From Actinomycetota bacterium (lineage in GTDB: Bacteria; Actinomycetota; Aquicultoria; CAJVYJ01; JAUVQD01), in the NCBI GenBank assembly GCA_030679975.1, contig JAUXSL010000027.1, positions 11,447 to 75,446 of the forward strand: a stretch of 64,000 nucleotides of DNA. The letters are read 5' to 3'. Shown piece after piece: positions 48,023 through 56,644 of this stretch. The notes under the pieces were generated by a model. That model was given only the letters and a program-made list of their open reading frames with translations, did no database searches and had not been told where the DNA came from. The first letter of the stretch is position 1; each line of letters starts with the position of its first letter. The position numbers and the translations under genes are program-made.

Positions 48023-48679
48023 ATGATTATCGCCATCGACGGCCCGGCGGGAGCCGGTAAAAGCACTGTAGCTAAAGAAGTCGCCCGGCGGCTTGGTTAC
48101 GGCTATCTCGATACCGGCGCCATGTACCGGGCGGTCACGTGGAACGCATTGCGTACCCAGGCCGATCTGCACGATGAAGAAGCGCTCGGCCGATTGGCGG
48201 GGGAGAGCCGGCTCGAGTTGCGGGATTCCCACATCTTGATCGACGGGCATGATGTCACTGAGGCCATCAGGCTGCCGGATGTCGGCGAAGCGGTATCCAT
48301 CGTGTCAAGGGCGCCGCAAATGCGGGCCCATATGGTCATTAAGCAGAGAGAGATGGCTGCGCGGCTCGGGGATATCGTGGTCGAAGGCCGCGATATCGGG
48401 ACCGTCGTCTTCCCGGACGCGGAAGTAAAGGTTTTTCTAACGGCCCGGGCCGATGAGCGGGCGCGGCGGCGAGTCATCGAATTGAGGGGCAAAGGTCTCG
48501 AAATAGAGGCCGCCGCGGTCGAGGCGGAGATAGCCGCCCGGGACCGGATTGATTCGGGCCGGCGGGTAAGCCCCCTGGAAAAAGCGGCCGATGCTTGCGA
48601 AATCGACACCACCGATAAATCGATCGTCGATGTCGTGGACATTATCTTAAGGCTGGTGGCTGAATGTTCTACCAGGTAG
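48023..48679 (+). CDS. cmk: Cytidylate kinase
   Basis: MIIAIDGPAGAGKSTVAKEVARRLGYGYLDTGAMYR. Start refined from the ORF-track 47900 to the ATG at 48023. Confidence 0.9.
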   Translation: MIIAIDGPAGAGKSTVAKEVARRLGYGYLDTGAMYRAVTWNALRTQADLHDEEALGRLAGESRLELRDSHILIDGHDVTEAIRLPDVGEAVSIVSRAPQMRAHMVIKQREMAARLGDIVVEGRDIGTVVFPDAEVKVFLTARADERARRRVIELRGKGLEIEAAAVEAEIAARDRIDSGRRVSPLEKAADACEIDTTDKSIVDVVDIILRLVAECSTR

Positions 48680-49260
48680 TAAAGGTCATCTTGTGGCCGA
48701 TATTCAGGGTCGCTTACCGGTTTTCCGCTAAGGACGCGTCAAGACTGCCGGCCGACGGTCCGGTCCTCATTGTCGCCAATCATGCCAGCTATCTCGATCC
48801 GGTCGTCATCGGCCTGGCGGCCGGGCGGCCGGTACGGTTTATGGCCAAGGAACAACTATTTAAAATGTTCGGGCTGGGGTGGATCATCCGGCGTCTGTAC
48901 TCGTTTCCCGTCAAGCGGGATGAGTTTGATCGCCGGGCCATCCACACGGCGTTAAAAACGCTGGCCGACGGCGAGATCGTGGGGATATTTCCCCAAGGAA
49001 CACGACAAAAAGACGGGGTAAGCGAAGCTTTTCCCGGCGCGGCCCTGATAGCCTATAAAAGCGGAGCGACGGTAGTGCCGGTGGCTATTTCCGGAACCGA
49101 AAAGATCATGCCCGACGGGGCGCGATTCCCACGCTGGCCTCGTATCGTGGTAAGCTTTGGTGAGCCGATCAAGCCGGATACAGCCGGAGACAAAAAAGAA
49201 GTCATAGCCCGGCTGACCGACCGGATTGTGGTCGAGTTAAGAGGAATGTTGAGTAATTAA
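48664..49260 (+). CDS. plsC: 1-acyl-sn-glycerol-3-phosphate acyltransferase
   Basis: HX4D motif (NHASYLD) and FPQGTR motif. Confidence 0.8.
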   Translation: MFYQVVKVILWPIFRVAYRFSAKDASRLPADGPVLIVANHASYLDPVVIGLAAGRPVRFMAKEQLFKMFGLGWIIRRLYSFPVKRDEFDRRAIHTALKTLADGEIVGIFPQGTRQKDGVSEAFPGAALIAYKSGATVVPVAISGTEKIMPDGARFPRWPRIVVSFGEPIKPDTAGDKKEVIARLTDRIVVELRGMLSN

Positions 49261-49265
49261 GTGTC

Positions 49266-49285
49266 ATTCCTGCGAAAGCAGGAAT
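49266..49285 (+). other. 8-bp stem with a GAAA tetraloop between plsC and ispH
   Basis: ATTCCTGC-GAAA-GCAGGAAT, immediately upstream of the ispH SD AAGGA (49288-49292). Confidence 0.3.
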
Positions 49286-49299
49286 CTAAGGATGAGCTA

Positions 49300-50142
49300 A
49301 TGGAAATAAAAGTCGCCGGCCAAGCCGGTTATTGCTATGGGGTCGAAAGAGCCCTGCGCCTGACGGACGCGGCCGCGGAGAGCACGCGGAAACCGATATT
49401 CACCCTGGGGCCGATAATCCACAACCCCCAGGTCGTTGAGTCATTTGTCGCCCGGGGCGTCAATCCCATCGAGCAGATAGACGAGGCGTCGAGCGGGACG
49501 ATAATCGTGCGCACCCACGGGGTCGACCCGCTTGTTATCGAGCAGGCGGGGGAGAAAGGCCTGGCTGTGGTCGATGCCACCTGCCCGTTCGTCGCCAAAG
49601 CCCAACAGCGGGCGGCGGAACTGGTACGCGACGGCTATAATTTGGTCATCATCGGCGAAAAAGAACATCCGGAAGTCGCCGGCATTCTGGCCCATGCCCG
49701 GGGCGAAGCCACGGTCGTGGAAAAAGCCGGCGATGCCGCGCGCATTAAAGGGCGCAAGCCCTTGGGCGTCGTCGTCCAGACGACCCAATCAATGGAGAAT
49801 TTCCAGCAGATAGTGGCGGTCCTGGCCGCTAAGGTGTCGGAAATAAAAGTCTTTAACACGATCTGTAGCGCCACCACCAGGCGACAGGACGCGGCCAAGA
49901 AGTTGGCCGAGGAAGCCGACCTGATGATAGTCGTCGGCGGCAAGAACAGCGCCAACACCTCGCGCCTGGCCCAGATCTGTCGGGCGACCGGCACCGCGAC
50001 CCATCATATCGAAACCGCCAAGGAATTGGAGCCGGCCTGGTTTGCCGATGTTAACGTGGTCGGGCTGACCGCCGGCGCCTCTACCCCCCAGTGGTTGTTG
50101 AAAGAAGTCATCGCCGGGCTTGAAGAGATGAGAGATGTGTGA
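49300..50142 (+). CDS. ispH: 4-hydroxy-3-methylbut-2-enyl diphosphate reductase
   Basis: Three conserved cysteines, in the contexts GYCYGVERAL, ATCPFV and TICSATT. Start refined to the ATG at 49300 (MEIKVAG). Confidence 0.9.
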   Translation: MEIKVAGQAGYCYGVERALRLTDAAAESTRKPIFTLGPIIHNPQVVESFVARGVNPIEQIDEASSGTIIVRTHGVDPLVIEQAGEKGLAVVDATCPFVAKAQQRAAELVRDGYNLVIIGEKEHPEVAGILAHARGEATVVEKAGDAARIKGRKPLGVVVQTTQSMENFQQIVAVLAAKVSEIKVFNTICSATTRRQDAAKKLAEEADLMIVVGGKNSANTSRLAQICRATGTATHHIETAKELEPAWFADVNVVGLTAGASTPQWLLKEVIAGLEEMRDV

Positions 50143-51439
50143 CCCCGTTTTGATTACCGTGGTGGAGCCGGGCTGTCCGGCCGAGGCGGCGGGCATCCGG
50201 CCGGGCGATCGTCTGGTGGCCCTGAACGGGGAAATCCTCAGAGACGTGATCGACTACCAGCTCGCGCTGGAAGCTGATGAGCTCGACTTTTCCCTCGTCC
50301 GCGAGGGCCGCTCTTTCCACGCTCAGCTAAGCGGGCATGATGGGCGGCCGCTCGGCTTGGCGTTGGAAAAATCCTTGTTCGACAAGGAAAAAATGTGCCA
50401 AAACCACTGCGCTTTTTGCTTTATCGATCAACTGCCGCCAAATTGCCGGTCGACACTATATATAAAGGACGATGACTTCCGGCTCTCGTTTCTATACGGC
50501 AATTTCATTACTTTGACCAACTTAAGCCGGGCCGATCTGGATAGAATAGCGGAGCAACGCCTATCGCCCCTGTATGTATCGATACACAGCACCGATCCGC
50601 GGGTCAGGCGCTCTCTGGTCAATCCGCCGAAGGTCGACAAAGCCTTGGACAACCTTAAGGCGTTGCTGGCCGCCGGCACTGAGGTCCACGTGCAGATAGT
50701 CGCGTGCCCCGGGATAAACAATGGGGCCGTCCTCGATGAGACGCTGGCCACTCTACTGGCTGATTTTGACGCCGTGGCTTCGGTCGGCATTGTCCCTGTC
50801 GGTCTAACCGGTTACCGGCGCGGCCTGCCGGACCTTCGGAGCTTCAGCCGGTCGGAGGCGCCGGCTTTATTAAGTCAAGTCCGCGCCTGGCAGGAACGGG
50901 CGCTGGCGCAAAAAAGCTATCGATGGGTCTACGCCGCCGATGAGTTTTATTTGATGACGGGCGACGAGATTCCGCGTGAGCCGGATTATGATGACTTCCC
51001 CCAGGTCGAGAATGGCATCGGTATGGTTCGGCTTTTTATGGATGAGATAAACGACTGGGCGGCGCAAAATGGCGGCAGCCGCCGGTCAGGGGGGCGGGTA
51101 AACTTGGTCACAGCCCCGCTGGCGGCCAAGGCGCTCAAGACAGTGCTTCCGGTAATAAGCGGATCGACGGGACGGGGAGTTGAAGTGATAACAGCAAATA
51201 ACAATTGGCTGGGCGGCGATGTTTCAGTGGCCGGGTTGCTCGCCGGCGCGGATGTTATCGAGGCGATAAGGACGGCGGGACCTGTCGGGCCGGTCTTGCT
51301 CCCGGGGGTCTGTTTAAACCCCGATGGGCTCTTCCTCGATAATCTTTGTGTCGACGATATCATCGGCTCGACAGGGGCGGAAGTCATTGTCGTTCCCAGC
51401 ACCGGCTGGAAGTTTATGGAAGCGCTGGCGGATGTCTAA
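50135..51439 (+). CDS. PDZ-domain plus DUF512 radical-SAM-like Fe-S protein
   Basis: N-terminal PDZ-like region (GIRPGDRLVALNGE) followed by the CQNHCAFCF cysteine motif. Its 3' end overlaps the der start. Confidence 0.7.
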   Translation: MCDPVLITVVEPGCPAEAAGIRPGDRLVALNGEILRDVIDYQLALEADELDFSLVREGRSFHAQLSGHDGRPLGLALEKSLFDKEKMCQNHCAFCFIDQLPPNCRSTLYIKDDDFRLSFLYGNFITLTNLSRADLDRIAEQRLSPLYVSIHSTDPRVRRSLVNPPKVDKALDNLKALLAAGTEVHVQIVACPGINNGAVLDETLATLLADFDAVASVGIVPVGLTGYRRGLPDLRSFSRSEAPALLSQVRAWQERALAQKSYRWVYAADEFYLMTGDEIPREPDYDDFPQVENGIGMVRLFMDEINDWAAQNGGSRRSGGRVNLVTAPLAAKALKTVLPVISGSTGRGVEVITANNNWLGGDVSVAGLLAGADVIEAIRTAGPVGPVLLPGVCLNPDGLFLDNLCVDDIIGSTGAEVIVVPSTGWKFMEALADV

Positions 51440-52736
51440 GCCCCTCGCCGCGATAGTCGGCCGCCCTAATGTCGGCAAATCAACACTGGTAAACCGGCTG
51501 GGAGCCACGAGACAAGCGATTGTGGATATGACGGCGGGGGTGACCCGCGATCGCAACTATGTCGAGACCGATTGGCGCGGGCGCGAGTTTGTTTTAGTCG
51601 ATACCGGCGGTCTCGAGCCGGGCGGTCAAGAGCCGATGATACAGGCGATCAAAGCGCAGGCGTTGGCCGCTATCGAAGAGGCCGATATTATCTTGTTTGT
51701 TGTCGACGGCAAAAGCGGTCTGACGGCGGCGGATGAAGAGGTCGCCGAAATCTTGCGGAAGACCAGTAAGCCGCTGTTGCTGATCGTTAATAAGGTGGAC
51801 AACCCGGCCAACGAGGCGGCGATAATCCCTTTTTACGGGCTTGGTCTGGGCGATCCCGTGCCGGTATCGGCGTCCCATGGCTTGATGACCGGGGACTTGT
51901 TGGATATGGTCGTCGAACGATTACCGGAGACGCCCCCGGAGGATGCCGACACCGAGCAAGTGAAAATAGCGATCGTCGGGCGGCCTAACGCCGGCAAGTC
52001 GTCGGTCTTTAACCGCATCATCGGCGCCGAGAGGGCGGTCGTCTCCGAAATACCGGGCACCACCAGAGACGCCATCGATACCATGGTCGCGGTGGGGAAT
52101 AGCCAATATCGTTTTGTCGATACCGCCGGCCTGCGGCGGATCGCAAAACTCTCGGGCAACCTGGAATACTACGGCACGCTGAGAGCGATAAAAGCGCTTG
52201 AAGACGCGGCGGTCGCGATGTTGGTGGTCGATTGCTCGGTCGGCGTGACCGACCAAGACCAAAGAATAGCCGGGCTGGCGGAAGAGAAGCATTGCGCTCT
52301 TATCATCTTGCTGAACAAGTGGGACCTCGTCGACGAAGAAGAGGCCGAAGCCGTGGAATACGCCGTCGCGCATAAGCTTAATTTTGTCGAATACGCTATC
52401 GTCCTCAAGACATCGGCGCAAACCGGAGTGGGCATAAAGCGGGCCATCGCCGCCATCGATCAGGTCCATCAATCTTTCAACCGCCGGCTGGCCACGTCGG
52501 CCGTGAATAAGTTTCTGGTCGGCCTGCGAACGCAGCATGTTCCGACCAGGAAGGGCAAGGCGCTCAAGCTTAAATATATGACCCAACTGAAGGAAAGGCC
52601 GCCGACGTTCTTAATTTTTGTGAACGATCCGCAGATCGTTGACAATGCTTACAAGCGCTTTTTCGACAAGAAGTTTCGGGGCGCGTTCGACCTCACGGGC
52701 ACGCCGGTAAACTATTTTTTCCGGAAAGGCGATTGA
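51432..52736 (+). CDS. der: Ribosome-biogenesis GTPase Der (EngA), double GTPase plus KH-like domain
   Basis: Two G-domains (GRPNVGKSTL and GRPNAGKSSV). Start refined to the ATG at 51432 (MSKPLAAIVG). Confidence 0.9.
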   Translation: MSKPLAAIVGRPNVGKSTLVNRLGATRQAIVDMTAGVTRDRNYVETDWRGREFVLVDTGGLEPGGQEPMIQAIKAQALAAIEEADIILFVVDGKSGLTAADEEVAEILRKTSKPLLLIVNKVDNPANEAAIIPFYGLGLGDPVPVSASHGLMTGDLLDMVVERLPETPPEDADTEQVKIAIVGRPNAGKSSVFNRIIGAERAVVSEIPGTTRDAIDTMVAVGNSQYRFVDTAGLRRIAKLSGNLEYYGTLRAIKALEDAAVAMLVVDCSVGVTDQDQRIAGLAEEKHCALIILLNKWDLVDEEEAEAVEYAVAHKLNFVEYAIVLKTSAQTGVGIKRAIAAIDQVHQSFNRRLATSAVNKFLVGLRTQHVPTRKGKALKLKYMTQLKERPPTFLIFVNDPQIVDNAYKRFFDKKFRGAFDLTGTPVNYFFRKGD

Positions 52737-52737
52737 T

Positions 52738-53379
52738 TTGCCGGTTCTCATGTCAGCTCTGCTCGCTTATTTTATAGGGGCCGTACCGACAGGCTTATTG
52801 GTCGGCCGGATCGGTTGGCGCACCGATGTCAGGCTCCACGGCAGCGGCAATATCGGCGCCACAAACGTGGGCCGGGTCTTGGGACGCCGCGCGGGTTTTC
52901 TGGTCCTGGCGCTTGACGTTATGAAAGGGGCGGCGGCGGTAATGGCGCCGGTCGCGGTCTATAGCGGCGTTGTCCGGTTTCCGGTCGGCGGGACTCCCCG
53001 GGATTCCTTGCTTATAGTGGCCGCGGCGGCCGCGGTCATCGCGGGGAACATGTTTTCTATATTCATTGGCGGCAAAGGCGGCAAGGGTGTCGGCGTCGCC
53101 TCGGGGGCATTATTAGTGATGGTCCCGGAGATAGCGGTTATCTTGTTGCTGGTCTGGCTGACGGTCCGGACGGCCACTAAATACGTTTCGTTGGCGTCGC
53201 TAAGTATCGCCGCTCTTTTTCCGGCACTGATGTGGGTCTATCACGGCGCGAACAAAACGTATCTGGTATTTTCGTTGCTCTCCTCGGTCATGGTCTTTTA
53301 CAGCCATCGAGCCAATATCAAGCGCTTGATCGCCGGCGAGGAGCTAAAATATGATCAAAAGGCGGATAAACCGGTATGA
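52738..53379 (+). CDS. plsY: Glycerol-3-phosphate acyltransferase PlsY
   Basis: LGSGNIGATNVGRVLG motif and 5-6 transmembrane helices. The track start is TTG at 52738; the ATG at 52750 is an alternative. Confidence 0.85.
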   Translation: MPVLMSALLAYFIGAVPTGLLVGRIGWRTDVRLHGSGNIGATNVGRVLGRRAGFLVLALDVMKGAAAVMAPVAVYSGVVRFPVGGTPRDSLLIVAAAAAVIAGNMFSIFIGGKGGKGVGVASGALLVMVPEIAVILLLVWLTVRTATKYVSLASLSIAALFPALMWVYHGANKTYLVFSLLSSVMVFYSHRANIKRLIAGEELKYDQKADKPV

Positions 53380-54371
53380 GTAGCACAGGAGTCATCGGGG
53401 CCGGCAGCTGGGGCACAGCGATCTCTAATCTGCTTGCCAGGGCCGGTCATGAAGTGGTTTTGTGGGGGCGCGACCCGGTTTTGGTCGATGCTATTAATTC
53501 GACGCGCCATAATTCGCGTTACCTGAAAGAGGTCGAGCTGTCACCTAATCTTTTGGCCTCTTCGGACATCCTGGCCGCGGTAACCGGTAGAGAGGTGGTG
53601 GTCATGGCTGTTCCATCCCAGGCCATGCGGACCATCGCGACTTCGATCTCAGGTCACCTGGACAACCGGCAGATAATCGTCAGTCTTACCAAGGGGCTGG
53701 AAACCGGGACGCTGATGCGGATGAGCCAAGTCATCACAGAGGTGCTGCCGGGGCCGGCGGTGGCCGCGCTTTCAGGTCCGAACCACGCCGAAGAAGTCAG
53801 TCTGAATATCCCCTGCGCCACGGTGATCGCGGTTGAAAATCCGGCTATCGGGGCCAAGCTTCAAGAGCTGTTCATGACCCCGACCTTCCGGGTCTACACG
53901 AATAAAGACCTGCTTGGCGTTGAGATGGCGGCGGCGACCAAGAATGTCATCGCCATCGCCGTCGGTATTTCCGACGGACTCGGCTATGGCGACAACGCCA
54001 AGGCGGCCTTGATGACGCGCGGCTTAGCCGAGATGACGCGCCTGGGCGTGGCGATGGGCGCTAAAGCGATGACCTACGCCGGCCTGGCCGGCATCGGCGA
54101 TCTGATAGCTACCTGCACCAGCCGGCACAGCCGCAACCGGGCGGTAGGCGAGCGGTTGGCTAGAGGGCAGGCGGTCGGTGAAGCCCAGGCGGAGCTGGGG
54201 ATGGTGGCTGAAGGGGTAAGGACCGTCGAGGCCGTCTGCGCCTTAGCGCAAACCCATGATCTGGACATGCCGATTAGCCGCGCTGTTTATGATGTGATCT
54301 ACCTCGGCAAAGACCCCAAAAATTGCGTCGAGGAATTGATGACCCGGGGCCCGGCTGAAGAAGAGCTGTAA
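53376..54371 (+). CDS. gpsA: NAD(P)H-dependent glycerol-3-phosphate dehydrogenase
   Basis: GAGSWGTAIS N-terminus and LSGPNHAEEV motif. The start overlaps the plsY stop as ATGA. Confidence 0.9.
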   Translation: MSSTGVIGAGSWGTAISNLLARAGHEVVLWGRDPVLVDAINSTRHNSRYLKEVELSPNLLASSDILAAVTGREVVVMAVPSQAMRTIATSISGHLDNRQIIVSLTKGLETGTLMRMSQVITEVLPGPAVAALSGPNHAEEVSLNIPCATVIAVENPAIGAKLQELFMTPTFRVYTNKDLLGVEMAAATKNVIAIAVGISDGLGYGDNAKAALMTRGLAEMTRLGVAMGAKAMTYAGLAGIGDLIATCTSRHSRNRAVGERLARGQAVGEAQAELGMVAEGVRTVEAVCALAQTHDLDMPISRAVYDVIYLGKDPKNCVEELMTRGPAEEEL

Positions 54372-54494
54372 GTCGGGCTTGCCGCCGCTCCTGCGTTCGG
54401 CTCCGGCTCATGCGCCACCCCACAAGACAAAGTCCGTCTTGCGGGGACCCCGGGTGGCTCACGAGTCGCTAAGAAAAGCTTGCCCTCGGCATTC
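54372..54494. repeat. Partial copy of the right half of the MITE-like element, carrying a 40-bp insertion
   Basis: GTCGGGCTTGCCGCCGCTCCT.CGTTCGG.TCCGGCTCATG ... GCTAAGAAAAGCTTGCCCTCGGCATTC matches 55372-55450. It includes a hairpin CCCCACAAGAC/GTCTTGCGGGG. Confidence 0.55.
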
Positions 54495-54496
54495 TA

Positions 54497-54525
54497 TTGA
54501 CAACTCTACATCTCGGCAATAATAT
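54497..54525 (+). promoter_or_regulatory. Near-consensus sigma70-type promoter for the RelE/ParE module
   Basis: TTGACA (54497-54502), a 17-nt spacer, and TAATAT (54520-54525), about 25 nt upstream of the antitoxin start region. Confidence 0.4.
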
Positions 54526-54548
54526 TGGACATATAGACATACAGGCGT

Positions 54549-54803
54549 ATGGAGGTGTATGTGTCCAAGCGGATGACCGTGGTTTTTGACGACGATGAGT
54601 TGTATACGACGCTGAAGGTCGAGTCGGCGCGACAGCACCGGCCCGCAAAAGATATAGTGGCGGATGCCCTGCGCCAGTGGTTTGAGGCTAGAGAAGATGA
54701 AGCGCTGCGGCTGGAAATTAGAGAGGCGCGCGCGGAGTATAAGAAACACGGCGGCAAGGAAGCTCGTCGTTTCTTTGAGGACCTAAAAGCCGGCAAAGCA
54801 TAA
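54549..54803 (+). CDS. Type II antitoxin (ribbon-helix-helix-like), cognate to the downstream RelE/ParE toxin
   Basis: An 84-aa acidic protein (TVVFDDDELYTTLKVE...) ending 1 nt before the toxin ATG. The GTG at 54561, preceded by GGAGG, is a likely alternative start. Confidence 0.65.
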   Translation: MEVYVSKRMTVVFDDDELYTTLKVESARQHRPAKDIVADALRQWFEAREDEALRLEIREARAEYKKHGGKEARRFFEDLKAGKA

Positions 54804-54804
54804 G

Positions 54805-55074
54805 ATGGCTTATCGGATTGAACTGTCACCCGCGGCCCAGCGGGATATCAAGCGTTTCCCATCCCAGATTGTGCCCCTAGTCGAAGCAGCGGTCCTCTCT
54901 TTGGAAAACGATGCTTACCCGCCCGGCGTCCGGAAAGTGATCGGCGAGAAGTCAGTCTGGCGCGTGCGGGTGAGGTCTTACCGGATAATATACGAAATCT
55001 ACCAAGACGAGAGTTTAATAGTCATTCTTAAAGTAGACAAGCGAGGAGAAAGCACCTACAAGCGACCTAAATGA
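54805..55074 (+). CDS. RelE/ParE-family type II toxin (mRNA interferase)
   Basis: MAYRIELSPAAQRDIKRF...PPGVRKV.G...WRVRVRSYRIIYEI.DESLIVILKVDKRGE matches the RelE/ParE signature. Confidence 0.85.
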   Translation: MAYRIELSPAAQRDIKRFPSQIVPLVEAAVLSLENDAYPPGVRKVIGEKSVWRVRVRSYRIIYEIYQDESLIVILKVDKRGESTYKRPK

Positions 55075-55241
55075 CTTACGCTTAAGAGCCTGTTGCACAA
55101 ACGGCAATCTCATATGAACTTTAAAACGATTTTCAGCTTGATAATAATTTCGCGGGACTATTACGTTTATTCAACATATTAATAATTATTTACTATTATC
55201 ATCACTGAAACGACTCAACTCGAGTAAGCTCTATTTTCCTG

Positions 55242-55485
55242 CCCATTCAAGAGGAAGCATCCAAAACTCTGTGGTTTTGCCTCCTGGGCCGAGGGCAAGC
55301 TTTTCTTAGCTCCAGTTCGCGACTATGGCCTCCACCTCACTCCGGAGGGTGAAAGCCCTCCATAAAAGCGGGTCGGGCTTGCCGCCGCTCCTCCGTTCGG
55401 TTCCGGCTCATGTGGCTCACAGTCGCACTAAAAGCTTGCCCTCGGCATTCCACCACAGAGTTTTGGATGCTTCCCATTCAAGAGC
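55242..55485. mobile_element. MITE-like non-autonomous element, about 221 bp, with 22-bp terminal inverted repeats and 9-12 bp flanking direct repeats
   Basis: The inverted repeats are GGAAGCATCCAAAACTCTGTGG (55253-55274) and CCACAGAGTTTTGGATGCTTCC (55454-55475). The flanking direct repeats are CCCATTCAAGAG at 55242-55253 and 55474-55485. The interior has about 50-bp imperfect long inverted arms and no ORF. Confidence 0.5.
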
Positions 55486-55546
55486 ATAATTGTCTAAAAC
55501 GAGATAAAATATAGAAGAAAGATAAAAAACACTGTTAGCTTTAAAA

Positions 55547-56056
55547 ATGACTAATCAACAGACGAGCAGCAAAAAAGCATATTATCAAGATCATCAGTTC
55601 GTAATTCTGCAATGGGTTTTTGGAATTGCAATCTTTTTGCTATGGATAAAGCGAGCGGTCTTCGGTGTGCCTTGGCAAGTAAACCAGTTCAGTCTTTTTC
55701 ATCGGGTAATTGGAAATGACGCAGGTGAATTTATGGCATCAACGCTTCTCGCCTTCTTTTGCGTCGCTTTTGTTTTATGGGGTGTTAATAAAAATGCATG
55801 GCGTGAAGGCGCAAATCCAGAAACCGATCTTAATTTTTGGTTTAGATTCATGCAGGTCATGTTTGTTGTTGTAATATTTGCTGCGGGTGCGCAAGCCATC
55901 AGTGCGCTACGCTTTAACGAGCCTATTGTTGGCATGGCGTCTCTGTCCGTATTTAGGATTGCTATTGGAATATATGGATTCTTTCTCGCGCAACAACTCA
56001 TTAAGACGGTTCGAAATAATGGCGTCGACGAATTGATGATAAAAAGCCGAAGCTAA
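55547..56056 (+). CDS. Small four-transmembrane-helix membrane protein of unknown function
   Basis: 169 aa with four hydrophobic helices. GC is lower than the flanking DNA. No family recognised. Confidence 0.5.
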   Translation: MTNQQTSSKKAYYQDHQFVILQWVFGIAIFLLWIKRAVFGVPWQVNQFSLFHRVIGNDAGEFMASTLLAFFCVAFVLWGVNKNAWREGANPETDLNFWFRFMQVMFVVVIFAAGAQAISALRFNEPIVGMASLSVFRIAIGIYGFFLAQQLIKTVRNNGVDELMIKSRS

Positions 56057-56068
56057 CAAGGCGCTCCA

Positions 56069-56112
56069 GCGGATTTTTTAAACGGCCAAAATCATGCCGT
56101 TTAAAAAACCGC
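56069..56112. terminator. AT-rich 17-bp hairpin just after the membrane-protein stop; possible bidirectional terminator
   Basis: GCGGATTTTTTAAACGGC ... GCCGTTTAAAAAACCGC with a 9-nt loop and one bulge. Confidence 0.3.
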
Positions 56113-56122
56113 TGAGCTTGGG

Positions 56123-56289
56123 CGTTCCCCGGGCGCTGCGCGCCCGGGGAACGGACCCGCGAGCTGGAATCGGTCGCTGTTCTCCGGCCTCGCTGACTCG
56201 CGCCGGATAACAGCGATCTGGAGCCGATGTCGGCATAATAGCCGAAAAAGCCGGCATTATGCCGCCGCGGCTCAGCTCGCGGGTCCGTT
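56123..56289. ncRNA. About 170-nt block of nested perfect palindromes; candidate structured RNA or REP-like element
   Basis: A 14-bp stem at 56123-36/56140-53. A 17-bp long-range stem at 56150-66/56273-89, enclosing a 14-bp stem (56175-88/56202-15) and a 9-bp stem (56231-39/56256-64). Confidence 0.3.
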
Positions 56290-56329
56290 AGGCGTTAAAT
56301 TAAAGGGGATCAAAAGAATGTCAGAAAAA

Positions 56330-56358
56330 TTGCCATAATGCACACATTGTGCTATATT
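56330..56358 (+). promoter_or_regulatory. Candidate promoter with an overlapping palindromic operator upstream of brnT
   Basis: TTGCCA (56330-35), 17 nt, then TATATT (56353-58). The spacer contains the palindrome GCACA-CAT-TGTGC (56340-52). Confidence 0.3.
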
Positions 56359-56365
56359 TGATAAA

Positions 56366-56644
56366 GTGAAGCACATAAACTGGAACACGGAAAAAAGCCT
56401 AGGACTCAAGAAACTAAGAGGCGTCTGTTTTGAAGACGTTGTTTATTATGTCGAGAAGGGCGACCTGCTAGATGACTATGAACATCCGAATCAGGAAAGA
56501 TATATGGGACAAAGAATAATGGTTATCGGAATAAACAATTACGCATATCTTGTTCCTTATATTGAGAATGAAGATGAAATATTTTTAAAGACTATAATTC
56601 CAAGCAGGAAAGCGACAGAGATTTATCTTGGGGGAAGAAAATGA
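56366..56644 (+). CDS. brnT: BrnT-family ribonuclease toxin (DUF497)
   Basis: INWNTEKSLGLKKLRGVCFED...RIMVIGI...IIPSRKAT pattern. GTG start. The stop overlaps the brnA start as ATGA. Confidence 0.75.
   Translation: MKHINWNTEKSLGLKKLRGVCFEDVVYYVEKGDLLDDYEHPNQERYMGQRIMVIGINNYAYLVPYIENEDEIFLKTIIPSRKATEIYLGGRK

Noticed and set aside
56069-56289. Possible CRISPR array in the palindrome-rich intergenic region
   Set aside because: There is no regular repeat-spacer periodicity. The palindromes are all different and nested, not direct repeats.
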